64,000 nucleotides of DNA from Rhizaria sp. SCN 62-66. Lineage: Eukaryota. Within the stretch, counting starts at the first letter, position 1; each line of letters opens with the position of its first letter. The DNA lies in assembly GCA_001724265.1 (NCBI GenBank), contig MEDY01000212.1, positions 1 to 64,000 of the forward strand, given 5' to 3'. A program made the position numbers and the translations under genes. The notes under the pieces are model-generated. The model did no database searches, was not told where the DNA came from, and saw nothing but the letters and a program-made list of their open reading frames with translations. This document shows positions 14,574 to 25,400 of the stretch, one piece after another.

Positions 14574-15126
14574 GTGGCGCATCACTCACTCACTCACTCA
14601 AATCGCGCCTGATTAAGTGTGCAACTCCGGCCGGTCATGACAGTATTGCTTTGGAGCACCTTGCTCCAAAGCATCTTTTTGTGACTGTGCGCGTGTGTAT
14701 GCACAAAATGCCACTCATAGAAGAATTCATGCTGCCTGAGCTACGCAGGTGGGTGTTTGTCACTCTAAATTTTTATGTTCCCCGATTTCGTTTTACACCA
14801 ATCGATTGACTATAGTAAAAAACTAACGAATTGAACGACTTTGTATGTTGCTAAGCTGCTCTTTGTGTGCGCTTGGGCGTTTTCTCACAGTATTTGATGA
14901 GAAAAATAATCATACGACGAATTACTTTTCACAGTCCATAGTTGTCTCCTCTCTCCCTGTTCGTGTGCGCCAGTTATGCAAAATGCAGGATTCCCGGGTT
15001 TAGTCCATGATGTTATTTCTTTGCTTTATTTTGTTTGCTTGTATTTTGTAAGTTCACTTGTGTTCGCCTGTCCCTTTATCTTGTCATCTGTCTGTATTCC
15101 CTCCTCAAGCTGTCCCATATCAATCG

Positions 15127-15273
15127 ATGAGTGTGTCGGCCCGTGACGGTGCACATCGTGTATACTCATGTTTGCTGTACATGGTGTTCGTAGCGGCAGC
15201 CTTGACTACTTTTCTTTTGTGCCTCGTTTTGCCCCTGGCACTGGGTTTGATGTACCGCTACTGCCGCTGGTGA
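15127..15273 (+). CDS. Possible small TM peptide (48 aa)
   Basis: MSVSARDGAHRVYSCLLYMVFVAAALTTFLLCLVLPLALGLMYRYCRW-TGA; hydrophobic stretch plus basic tail, no recognisable family. Confidence 0.2.
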   Translation: MSVSARDGAHRVYSCLLYMVFVAAALTTFLLCLVLPLALGLMYRYCRW

Positions 15274-15808
15274 CTGTGACTACAGACGGCACAGGATGCG
15301 CCACTCGAGCAAACTTGCGTTTTCAGCTAAGTCCATAACTTTATATGATCCGAACCTTCTGTCTGATACAATTGAAAATGTTCCTCCCAAACTTGCCTTT
15401 GTTTTATTTTATTTCATTTCGTTAGTAAGGCTTAGGTTAATACAAAAAATACAAAGTTATTCACTCCAGCAGTGAACAAGTGTAACGCACAGTCGAAAAG
15501 GCATTGCAGAACGTGAGAACGAATTAGGAGAACAAATATATTCTTGTTTGGATATGTTTCTTCGTGAAATTAAATTGTCTAAAAGTAGAAACTCCTCTGT
15601 ATAAAATCATACATGTATGATCGTCGTCGTCGACCGAGCGACTAAAAACAGCTATTTAAAGTGCGTAAGACCTCTGGTGTTCAAAACAAACAGCAACCTC
15701 TCCGCAAAGACGAAATAATAATATGGTTAATTAATGCTTAAACATAAACAAGTGCGTGTGTAAATCAAAGCGCTTTCTTGCACGGCTAAACCTGTCTCGG
15801 GAGGGTAC

Positions 15809-18412
15809 TTAGTGGTCTGAGATGACTGTGTCGCCACTTACACTGTCGCTCCTGATCACGAACTGGTCGAAGCCGCCGCCGCCGCCGCCGCCAGGACCGC
15901 TTCCACTGCTGCTGCTACTGAACGGAGACGGCCGCATTGCAGTTTCACTGCGACCACGGACGTTGTCGCTGCCGCGACTGCTGTAACGGCTGCTGCGCAT
16001 GTTCGCGCTCACGTCCGCGTTGGCGTCGCTCACGGCCGCGCGGCCGTCGCCCTTGTCGCTGGCGTTAGCAATAGCACTCGTGTGGGTTTTCACGCTGGCG
16101 TCAGCGCTAGTCCTGGCTTCGCTGCGGTGGTCGCGCGGCGCGGTCATGGCGGCGCTCCACTGCGAGAGCGCGTTGTCGCCCGCGCCCGCGCCCGCGCGCA
16201 GAGTCCCCGCGGTCACGCCCGCCTCGTCCATCGCCACGCGCACAGCAGCGCTCAGCCCGCGCAAGCTGGAGCCGGCTGCGGCCGCCGCGGCCGCCGCGGT
16301 AGTCGCGGCGTTGGTAGCCGTGAGCGTGTCATCCGCCGCCGCGTCCGCCGCGTCCGCCGCCGCCTCTGCGGCCGACACGGCCGTCTCGGCCTCCGCCTCG
16401 GCCTCGGCGTCGGCCAGGTCACCCGCCTCGGTGGCAGCCACAGCCAGCGCGCGCGCCTGCGCCTGCGCCTGCGCCTGCTGCTGCTGCGACAGCGACTGGG
16501 TAGACTGAGAGGGGGACTGAGGCTGCGGGTCGGCGGCGGCGGTGCGGGGAGGCGTCAAGAGCGCTGCAAAGAGCTTGCTCTGCACCGCGGTCGCCCCCCG
16601 ACCCTGGCCCCGGCTCGGTCCGGTGCCGCTAAGAGAAGGCTTGACCGAGTTGTCATCAGCGGCACGAGCAGCGGCAGCGATTTCGCTCGACAGACGGCCG
16701 AGCCCTGATCTCTTGGCAGCATTGCCGGTGCCGTGTAAGCCAGAGACGGTGCCCGACGCCGCGAGGGCAGCTGCGGCGGCTGCGGCTGCGGCAGCGGCCG
16801 CGGCGGCCGCGGCGGTGGCCGAGGCGGCCTGCTGTTGCGCAGCGGCCGCGCGCGCGGCGGCCTCCTTGTGCTGCAACAACGCGGCACTACCCACCCCCTC
16901 AGCCACTGCCGCCGCCTCAGCAGCAGAAGCTGCAGCGGAAGCCGGTGCAGCATCTGCGTCCGCAACTGCCGCGGCCGCAGAAGTGTGGGCACTGGCGTCA
17001 GCGCCCGCGGTGGCAGCGGGAGCGACCGCGGCGCTTGCGCGCGCACTCGGAGTCTGCGACTCCGACGGCGAGGGCAGCGATGAGTGCGACCGCTGATGCG
17101 GCGGCAACGGCGGCGGCTGCTGCTGGTTATTGTTACCCTTGTCGTTATTATTGTTGCTATCGTGAGTATTGCCCAGTCCGAGGCCAAACAGCGCATCGAT
17201 CGAGCGCACTACGGGCACGTCGTCGAGCGACACGTAGCGAGACGATTTGGTCACAGTGGACCCCGCATGAGCGTCAGCGCTAACGGCGCTGGCGACGTCG
17301 GCGGCGTTGCCGCTCGCGGCGGGATTCGTGGCAGAACTGCCCCCAGCGCCGCTGCCACTGCCACTGGCACCGCCAGCGCTGCTATGAGCTGCGCCCTCGC
17401 TGTGCCGGTGGAGGTCGACAGCTGCGGTGTTGCTGCTGCGACCAGCGCTGTCGCCTTCAGTCAACTGTTGCTGTTGCAGCAGTGAATGCGCCTGCGCTGC
17501 CGCTGTCCCTGTCGGCGCGGCGCCTGCTGCCGCCTCTTTGGTGGTAGTGCTGCTGCTGCTGCTGCTGTTGCCGCTGCTGCTGCTGCTGCTGATGCGCATG
17601 GCGGGCTGCGCGACGGCGAAGACGAGCACGCCCAGCACAAGCAGCAGCACGCGCACGGGCGTTCCGTTAACCGTCGCCGCCACGCCGTTCCACAGGTCCA
17701 GCGTCGGCGTGCGGCCACGGGCGCGCGCGCGACCCGACTGCTCGTGCTTCTGCTCAACGTAGTCGGCCAGGGCGCCGCCGCTGCCAGCACTCGCGCTCGT
17801 ACTGCTCATGTCAGAGCCAGCGCCAGTGCCAGTGCCAGCAGTCGCATCGACAGCAGCGCTCTTACTACTGTGACTGTGCGTAGCAGTGCTTGCGCTTAGA
17901 GTGGCGGTTACGTGTGTGCGAGCGCCACCGCCGCCGCCGCTGCTGCCGTGGCTGCTGAAGAGCGGCACCGCGTCGGAGTCGGAGTCGTCGTTGTTGCCGC
18001 CGCCGCTGTTGTCGTTGTTAGTGTAGCGGCTGTCGCAGAAAGAGCGAGAGCTCGTGCTGCTAGCGGCTGCGCCAGTGGCGCTTCTGCCGCGACCGGGCGC
18101 GGTCGTTGAACCAGCGCTTGTGTTAGAGTTGTTATGGCCAGAGCCACCGATCGTGCTGACAGCTCCAGAGCTCGCGTTTGCGCCAGTGTTCGCGCCAATC
18201 AAGCCCGTGCTAGAATTTGAATTTTCATTAGGGGCACTGTGGCCACTCGCCCTGCTGCCGTCGCCAGCGGTCGCGGCGGCCGCGGGCGCGGCTTGCGCAG
18301 ACTCGGCCGCCAGCAGCCGCGTCAGCGGGTCGACGGCGAAGGCGAACTCGCCGTCGTCCTCCAAGCCCAGGGCGGAAAAAAAGCCACCGTCGGTATTGTC
18401 GTCCGACTCCAT
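15809..18412 (-). CDS. Ala/Ser-rich low-complexity protein with one predicted TM segment (VRVLLLVLGVLVFAVA); start uncertain, an upstream exon is possible
   Basis: 899-aa ORF in a GC-rich block flanked by AT-rich DNA; ends at TAA 15809-15811; first in-frame ATG (MESDD) at 18412; acceptor-like ccttgcag near 18514. Confidence 0.6.
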   Translation of the reverse strand: MESDDNTDGGFFSALGLEDDGEFAFAVDPLTRLLAAESAQAAPAAAATAGDGSRASGHSAPNENSNSSTGLIGANTGANASSGAVSTIGGSGHNNSNTSAGSTTAPGRGRSATGAAASSTSSRSFCDSRYTNNDNSGGGNNDDSDSDAVPLFSSHGSSGGGGGARTHVTATLSASTATHSHSSKSAAVDATAGTGTGAGSDMSSTSASAGSGGALADYVEQKHEQSGRARARGRTPTLDLWNGVAATVNGTPVRVLLLVLGVLVFAVAQPAMRISSSSSSGNSSSSSSTTTKEAAAGAAPTGTAAAQAHSLLQQQQLTEGDSAGRSSNTAAVDLHRHSEGAAHSSAGGASGSGSGAGGSSATNPAASGNAADVASAVSADAHAGSTVTKSSRYVSLDDVPVVRSIDALFGLGLGNTHDSNNNNDKGNNNQQQPPPLPPHQRSHSSLPSPSESQTPSARASAAVAPAATAGADASAHTSAAAAVADADAAPASAAASAAEAAAVAEGVGSAALLQHKEAAARAAAAQQQAASATAAAAAAAAAAAAAAAALAASGTVSGLHGTGNAAKRSGLGRLSSEIAAAARAADDNSVKPSLSGTGPSRGQGRGATAVQSKLFAALLTPPRTAAADPQPQSPSQSTQSLSQQQQAQAQAQARALAVAATEAGDLADAEAEAEAETAVSAAEAAADAADAAADDTLTATNAATTAAAAAAAAGSSLRGLSAAVRVAMDEAGVTAGTLRAGAGAGDNALSQWSAAMTAPRDHRSEARTSADASVKTHTSAIANASDKGDGRAAVSDANADVSANMRSSRYSSRGSDNVRGRSETAMRPSPFSSSSSGSGPGGGGGGGFDQFVIRSDSVSGDTVISDH

Positions 18413-19044
18413 CGGCTGCGGGGGGCCGCGCTGCGGGGGTGGCGCACGCAAAAGGAGGACGGGTGGGGGCGGGAACTCGGTGCTGCCAATCCAGTCGAGT
18501 GAGAGCAAAGGAGCTGCAAGGGGGAGTTGGAGGAGTGTCTATATGGGTGAATGCGGCGAAATGAAAAATGAAATGAGAAATAAACAAGTTGTTCTTTCTA
18601 AATAATTGTGCAGCCTCTCAATTGGCGGACGGCACAGACATGACCATACTCGTTTTAATATCTCCTCACCTCCTTCACAGTCCCCCAATACCCACCACCA
18701 GCCGCGCTCGCTTGGCTGAGCAAGGTAACTGATTCAAGATCATATGCTACAAATTGATTGTCAAAGTGCCTGAAACTGACTGCATCAATGTTTATTGTAC
18801 ACTTTTTAATTTATATATTTGGCTTAGCTTTTGAAAACGTTGTCTAACTTTTGTAATCGTCTATGTTAACCCCCACGCTCGACAGACTTCACGTAGGGTC
18901 ATATCACCCTGTCTACCGACATTGCTTTCTAAGTATTCGCCATCCACCGCGCAGCTATAGTGCTGTCCGTTTTCTCCTGCTTCAGACAACGAGCTTCACC
19001 TTCAACTCACACCGCAACAACTAACTGCGTTCGTTTCTTAGGCA

Positions 19045-20154
19045 ATGTCGCGGCGCACGCGTAACCCAACAGACCTTGCAGCAGTCCAGACAAGTCGTGG
19101 AACAACATCTACTGCTGCCGTTTCTGCTGCCGTTAATGTTTTGAATAAACCGCGTGTAACGTAGTTTAGGCCTCTCTACTTCGCCCTGGTGTCGAACAGG
19201 CACGGCTTGTCTCAGCATTCGCAAAGCTCTCGCGTCGCAGCATCTGACTCGCGTCGTGACTCGTCGAGCCAGATCAACATCAACAATAACAACAACAACA
19301 TCAGTGACAACAGGAACTGTGACCACGACGACAGTGACAGCAGTTACGGCTATTACGACGAAAGCGACAACTATATATATGCCTCGGGGTCTCAAGTCAG
19401 CACTAGCACCAAGCGTTTCAGGACTGCGGGCGCGAGCGCGAGTGCCGGTGCGCGCGCGGGCGCAAGTTATCCTGCTGATCTAAGGCCGATGGCTGATACT
19501 AACAGCGGCAGCAGCAGCAACACCGACACCGACAGTGGCAGCAGCAGTTACAGTGACCCGGATAGCGATGACACGGACGCTGATAGTGGCAGCACAGACA
19601 CCGACACCGAGCGCTCTGAAAGCGACAACGAACGCCCTGGCGGCGCAGCGGTGGCCAGCAAGCATACCCCGTGCAACGCGGCCAATGGGCGCTTCGAGTG
19701 CACGCTTTGCGACCCGAGTGTTTATTTTGCGTGCGAGCAGAACCTGAAGAACCACATAAATGCGCGTCACTTGGATATCAAGCCAATTATTTGCACCTAT
19801 GAGGGCTGTGGCAGGAGCTTCGCTCAGAAAAGTCACCTTACCGTTCACATCCGCACGCACACAGGTGAGAAGCCTTTTTTGTGCTCCTATGAAGGCTGTG
19901 GCAGCAGTTTTAGTCAGAATAGTGACCTTACCGTACACACCCGCACGCACACGGGTGAGAAGCCCTATGTTTGCACATTTGAGGGCTGTGACCGCAGGTT
20001 CACTACTAAGAATCGCCTTAACACTCACCTCCGCACGCACACGGGAGAGAAGCCTTATGTGTGCACCTATGAGGGTTGTGGTCGCAGGTTCACGACGAAA
20101 TATCCTCTTAACATGCACACCCGCACACATACTGGTGAGAGACCCTACGTCTGA
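19045..20154 (+). CDS. C2H2 zinc-finger protein (5 intact fingers before a TGA; N-terminal Ser/Asp-rich region)
   Basis: ATG 19045 ([11 protein letters not shown]) is in frame with ORF 19189 through a TAG at 19162-19164; [10 protein letters not shown]...[10 protein letters not shown] repeats of 90 nt. Confidence 0.8.
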
Positions 20155-20580
20155 TTATATGAGGGTTGTGGCTGCAGCTTCACGAAGAAATAAAAGCCTA
20201 ACTATCACATCCGCGTGCACGCGGGGTAGAAGCCTTATGTGTGCTCTCATGAAGGCTGTGGTCGCAGGTTTCGTCGAAATTGGGACGTTAACATACACAT
20301 CCGAACGCACACGGGCGAGAAGCCTTATGTGTGCTCTCACGAAGGCGGTGCTCATCGCTTTAATGATTCAAGCTACCCCACTTTGCACGTCCGCAGGCAC
20401 ACAGGAGAGAAGCCTTATGCGTGTTTGTATGAGGGCTGTGGCAGCAGCTTCACCCACTCACACAGCCTCACTCTGCACATGCGTACGCATACGGGCGAAA
20501 AGCCCTATCATTGCGAGCGGTGCCAGTGGTACTTCGGTTATTTGTCTTCTATCAAGAGCCACATGAAAACTGTCCACAAA
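19780..20580 (+). repeat. Tandem 90-nt C2H2 finger repeat array (~9 units)
   Basis: Recurrent gagggctgtgg...cgcacgcacacgggNgagaagccNtat with 90-nt spacing. Confidence 0.9.
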
Positions 20581-20991
20581 CTCGTCATTTGCGGCATTCG
20601 TTGCATCTCTGGCGCTGCTGCGGACTCTGACTGTGACTATGATTCTAGATCCTCTACTCTAACTCGGACTCGGACTCGGACTCGGACTCTGACTCCACAA
20701 CCAGCAGCCATGCGAGCGTCAATCGTGGCAACCTCAGCAGTGTCGCCGCCGCGGGCGGCGAGGCGCTGCAGGCGGACCCGCAGCTCGTGCGTGCCGGGCG
20801 CTCCAGTTCAGCCAGCTCCAGTGCAGCCAGCTCCAGGGTGCCGCAGCATTTGTGGCCGCAGGACTGCGCGGTGGCCAAGAGTAAATCCTGTGCTGGCCAC
20901 GATGGTTGCGGCTGTGACGGCTGTCAAAGGGTGTTGTCTGACGCAACGTCGACTCACATGGTGGACTCCAACATCTCCGCTTTGCATGTGA
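20155..20991 (+). pseudogene. Degenerate 3' continuation of the zinc-finger array (5 more fingers, two damaged)
   Basis: Same frame continues past TGA 20152, TAA 20191 and TAG 20227, all within one finger; a later finger has lost its second Cys (CSHEGGAH); last finger is CERC...HMKTVH. Confidence 0.6.
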
Positions 20992-21354
20992 GCTGAAGAC
21001 TTTTTGTTGCGACTGGGACTCCATGCATCTATCCTTCTTATTGACACGATCGGCCAAACATGTACGAATACAAGAGCATAGAAAGCGTTGTCATCCAGCT
21101 ATAATATGTTCACTTATCTTCGCAAATTGTTTTGTTTTGTATGAAAGTGTCCTGTCATGCCGCCGCAGCAGCACGCCGGTTTGCATTAATATAGTTCCCG
21201 TATCTCCCTCCTCCTATCAGCCCCCGAGCAGTCAAACCTCCGCGAGGAGTCCGTCTGCGCCTCAGAGGCGTCGATCCATAGATAGTTCGCGTGTCAGCCC
21301 ATGGCCGCCACACATGCCGTCTCACCCGTCACCACGCGCGCGCGCGCGCCGTGC

Positions 21355-21936
21355 TTAGAGCGTCTCGGCAGGCTTGACCTCGCCGCAGGCGTCGATGAAG
21401 ATGTTGACGAGCGGCTTGTCGCGGCCGTCGGTGCGCGCGTCCTCGATGGCGTGCACGACCTCCATGCCCTTGACGACCTCGCCGAAGACGACGTGCTTGC
21501 CGTCCAAGTGCGGCGTGGGCACCGTCGTGATGAAGAACTGCGAGCCGTTGGTGTTGGGGCCCGCGTTGGCCATCGAGAGCAGTCCGGGGCGCGAGTGCTT
21601 GACCACGAAGTTCTCGTCAGGGAACGAGCGGCCGTAGATGGACACGGTGCCGGAGCCGTTGCGGGCAAGGATGTCGCCGCCCTGCAGCATGAAGCGGCGG
21701 ATCACGCGGTGGAAGGGCACGCCCTTGTACGTCAGCGGCGCGTTATTGACGCCGCCGCGGTGGCCGCCAGTCGCCAGGGTGCGGAAGTTGGTCGCTGTCT
21801 TGGGCACGATGTCGTCGTAGAGCTTGAACTCAATGCGGCCAAGGGACGTCTCGCCGGCCTTGACGTCGAAGAAGACGTTGGGGAGGGCCTTAGGGACCTC
21901 GGCGAACGCGCGGCGGGTAGCCTTGAACATGCTCAT
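21355..21936 (-). CDS. Cyclophilin-type peptidyl-prolyl isomerase, probably mitochondrial (short Arg/Ala-rich N-terminal extension)
   Basis: [78 protein letters not shown]; intronless; ends at TAA. Confidence 0.97.
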   Translation of the reverse strand: MSMFKATRRAFAEVPKALPNVFFDVKAGETSLGRIEFKLYDDIVPKTATNFRTLATGGHRGGVNNAPLTYKGVPFHRVIRRFMLQGGDILARNGSGTVSIYGRSFPDENFVVKHSRPGLLSMANAGPNTNGSQFFITTVPTPHLDGKHVVFGEVVKGMEVVHAIEDARTDGRDKPLVNIFIDACGEVKPAETL

Positions 21937-22405
21937 TGGAGTGTGCGGGTCTGCGTCAGGGAAGTCGAGATAGCGTGCGAAGAAGGGAGTGCGATGAAGT
22001 ATGAATAATAAAATTAAACCGATGCCGTTAATTATATGTCATACTATTAGAGATAAACGACGCGAACGATGGGGGGATGCGCGACACAATCTGGCTTCGT
22101 CGAACTTTCGCGACTGCTTCATGCCGGTTCGGTCTTGCTCCAGCTGCTCACAGTCACCTGCTGAGTGACATTGGTGGTAAAATACCCAAAAGCAAGGCTA
22201 CATGAAGCAAACAGAGCTATTGTACGAAAATAACTTAATATACTATTTATTGATGTGTAACTCGTGTAGATAAAATGATATTATAACGATTATATAAGAT
22301 ATGATACTGAAAGTCGTCTTGCTGTCAGTAAAAGCACGCTGCTTTAAGTTGCGGATCGCTTCTGTTGACGAGCTAATGACGCTAATCATGTTGCTGGTAA
22401 CAGCA

Positions 22406-25400
22406 TTACGGCCTCGGCTATTGCTTAATGTTAGTGGAGCCAATGAAACTGTGGCTGCGGCTGTGAGACGACGGCGGCGGTGGCGGCGGCGGCCTAAACG
22501 GCTGTGGAGGCTGTTGTGGTTGCTGTGGCGGCTGCGCTTGTTGCTGCTGCTGCCCTTGGGGTGGGGGCGACTGCAGTGGCGGTCGAGGCGGCTGCTGCGG
22601 CAACGGCTGCTCGTGCTGTGGCTGTGAAGCGTAATAGTTCGTCGAAACGCCGTAGGGCGCATGCCGCTCTGCATGATTGCGCTCATACGGGCGCTCGTGC
22701 TGGCCCTCTCGGGCACGCTCGCTGAAGCGCTCGCGGTCGCGGTCAATCACGCGTCCACGGTCACGCTCGCGCTCCATAAAGCGCTCACTTTCACGATCAA
22801 AGTCACGAGCAAAGTCACTCTCGAGAGGCCGTTCAATCGGCCGGTCCCAGTAAGGCTCCCGGTCACGGTTACGGTCACGGTCACGGTCACTGAAGGGCGC
22901 ACGTTCACGCTCCCAGACCCGCTCCCAGTCGCACTCCCGATCGACGCGGCCACGCTCGCGGTCGCGCTGCGGAGCGCGCTCCGGTGCGCGCCGGCGCTCT
23001 GGCGAAAGCTCGCGCTCGAGCTCGCCTCGGTCGGGGTCGATGAAACGCGCGTGGGCACCGTCGCGGTCGCGGTCAAAACCATCGCGCTCAGGAGGGACAA
23101 GAGGGCGGTCATAGTCGCGCACCCGGTAGTCATAGCCGCGCTCACGGTCAAACTCATGGTCAAAGGCGCGGTCGCGGTCATACGGGCGGGAGTATATGTC
23201 GCGCTCACGGTCAACGCGGTCGCGGTCTAGAGGGTCGAAACCGCGAGCAGGCAGGAAACTAAAGTCACGGTCATCCCGGTCGCGTTCGCGGTCACGCTCA
23301 CGGTCTCGATCAGGGTCACGATCAGCGCCAGGTCCGGCGCCAGGAACAGTGCCGTAGTCGCGCTCGCGGCCGTACGCGGGGCCAAGCGCTTCGCTACGGC
23401 TAGAACTGTTGCTAAGAGCAGATGCATGCGGCTTCAGTTGCTGCTGCTGTTGCAGCGCCTGTGGCGGCACCTTGCTGCTGACGGGCTTGCCCGCCGCGGG
23501 GGCGTTTGACGTGTTCGCGCCGGCCTCCGAACGCGCTCGCGCGATCTTTGCTTCCTTCTGCTTGATCCACGTACTGACAGCAGCTAGCTCACACTTGACC
23601 TCGCTTGTCCGGGTCTTCCTCGCCGCAATGGCCGCATCAGTGCTGGGCTTCTTGCCACGTAGAAGACCTGTCAGTTCGGCGTTCAGATCCTTGCGATCCC
23701 GGGTCAGCACAGCGAGCTCCGCCTCAAGGCCGCGGAGATACTTCGCAGTCTGGGCGGCGGTCCACTTGGGCCGCGGCGGCGCTACAGCACTGGACGCAGG
23801 GGGCGTACCGACTCCCGTAGCCGTTGCCGTTGCCGTTTCCATGGCCGTGGCTGTATCCGTTGCCCTAGTCGCGGTGGCTGGGGCTGCAGCCGCGGTCGCC
23901 CGCGCCCCCAGCGTTTTCCTGGCCGCGGCCAGCGCCCGCGCGCGCACGTCCACCTCCTCAGCGACGTCGGCTATCCAGGCCTGCATGAGCGCCAACTGCA
24001 CCCACGCCGCAGAGTGCACCAGCTTCACAGTCTCTTTGGCCTCGGCGGCGTGGGCCAGCAAGCCGTCGGCCGCCGCGGTCACGGCCGCAGTTAGACTGTT
24101 CGCGCCCATGTCGTCGTCGCCGCCGCCGTCGCCGCCGTCGCCGTCGCCACCGTCGTTACCTCTGCTGGGGAAACCGCCGCGGCGATCGAGCTCAAGGTCG
24201 GCTTCAACTTCCTGCCGTTGTCGCTCCAACTTCTGCTTGACACCCGCCAGCGCCGGTGACAGACTGCAGTAGCGGTCGCGCCACAGGTCAAACACAAGAT
24301 AGGCCAGTGGCCGGCTCAGAAGTATCGCCAGCGGCGACCAAAGCGGCTGCGATTTGTGCACCAAACACACCAGCGCGGGCGCTGTGCCCTGCCAGAGCGG
24401 CGGTGCGGTGGCGCAGCCGTCCTGCGCGGCGGCCGCAGCCACAGTCGTCACTGCAGTCGCTGCCGCCGTTGCAGTCGCCGCATGAGCACCGTGCGCGCGG
24501 AGACGAGCGGCGGCCGTCTTAGCCGCAATGTTAGAGGAATCTTTGCTCGACATGCGGGAGCGCAGCGGCCGCGGCGAGACGGGGCACGGCGAATCGAGCG
24601 CGAGCAGCTCAGGCAGGATCGGCAGTCGCGAGAAATCCACAAGGGCAGACGCCCGAGCTTTGTCGGGCGTGCGCTGCGGCGGCGTGCGCACCTCAGCCCA
24701 GCCGCCCGCGCCCGCGCCCGCGCCGGCACAGGAACCGGGGCCGGAGCCTGTATTCACACTCGCAGTGGCGCTGACGCTGGCGTCAGCGCCCGGCGCCTAA
24801 GCGCCCGGCGCTTCAGCGGCCGCGGCTTCCTGGGCCAGCAGAGTCTTGGTCCGGGCGAGCCAGGCCGCCGCCCACCGCCGCAGCGCCCGCCGGCGCTCAG
24901 CGAGGCGTGGCATCGGCGGCACGGGCCTCGGCCCTCGCTCCTGCTCCTGCTGCTGCTGCGGTAGCTTCTTCGGCCCGCTCTGCGTCTGCTGCGCGCGCGC
25001 GCGCCACGCGCGGCGGCACGCGCGGCCCCACGAACGCAGCGCCCGCGCCACCGCCTCGCAGCGGGCGCGGCCGCGCGCGCGGCGCAGGCTGTGGACGTTA
25101 TCCGCGGCAGCGAACACCGGCTCGGCGCTGTGGCGGCGCACGGCGGCACTCGCTCTCGCACCCGCACTCGCGCTCGCAGCCGCAACCTCGGCCTCGGCAG
25201 GGTCAGCAGCGGCAGCAGCCGTGGCGGCGGCAGCCGTGGCGGCAGCAGGGCGGGCGGCGCGGCCGCCGCGCGGCGCGAGTGCAGCGCTCGCTGCGGTCTC
25301 GACGGCGACTGCCTTGTTGAAGCACTTCTGCCGGAACCGTAAACTAGATTTAGGATTGGGGAGCGAGGCGGTGTGCGCCTGCTTCTCTGCGAGGAGAACG

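Noticed and set aside
20152-20154. TGA at a Cys position as selenocysteine or UGA=Cys
   Set aside because: Single case in a finger with other damage, including a TAA; TGA ends most genes here; no SECIS identified.
19780-20580. Regularly spaced repeats as a CRISPR array
   Set aside because: They are coding C2H2 finger repeats in a eukaryotic gene; no cas genes.
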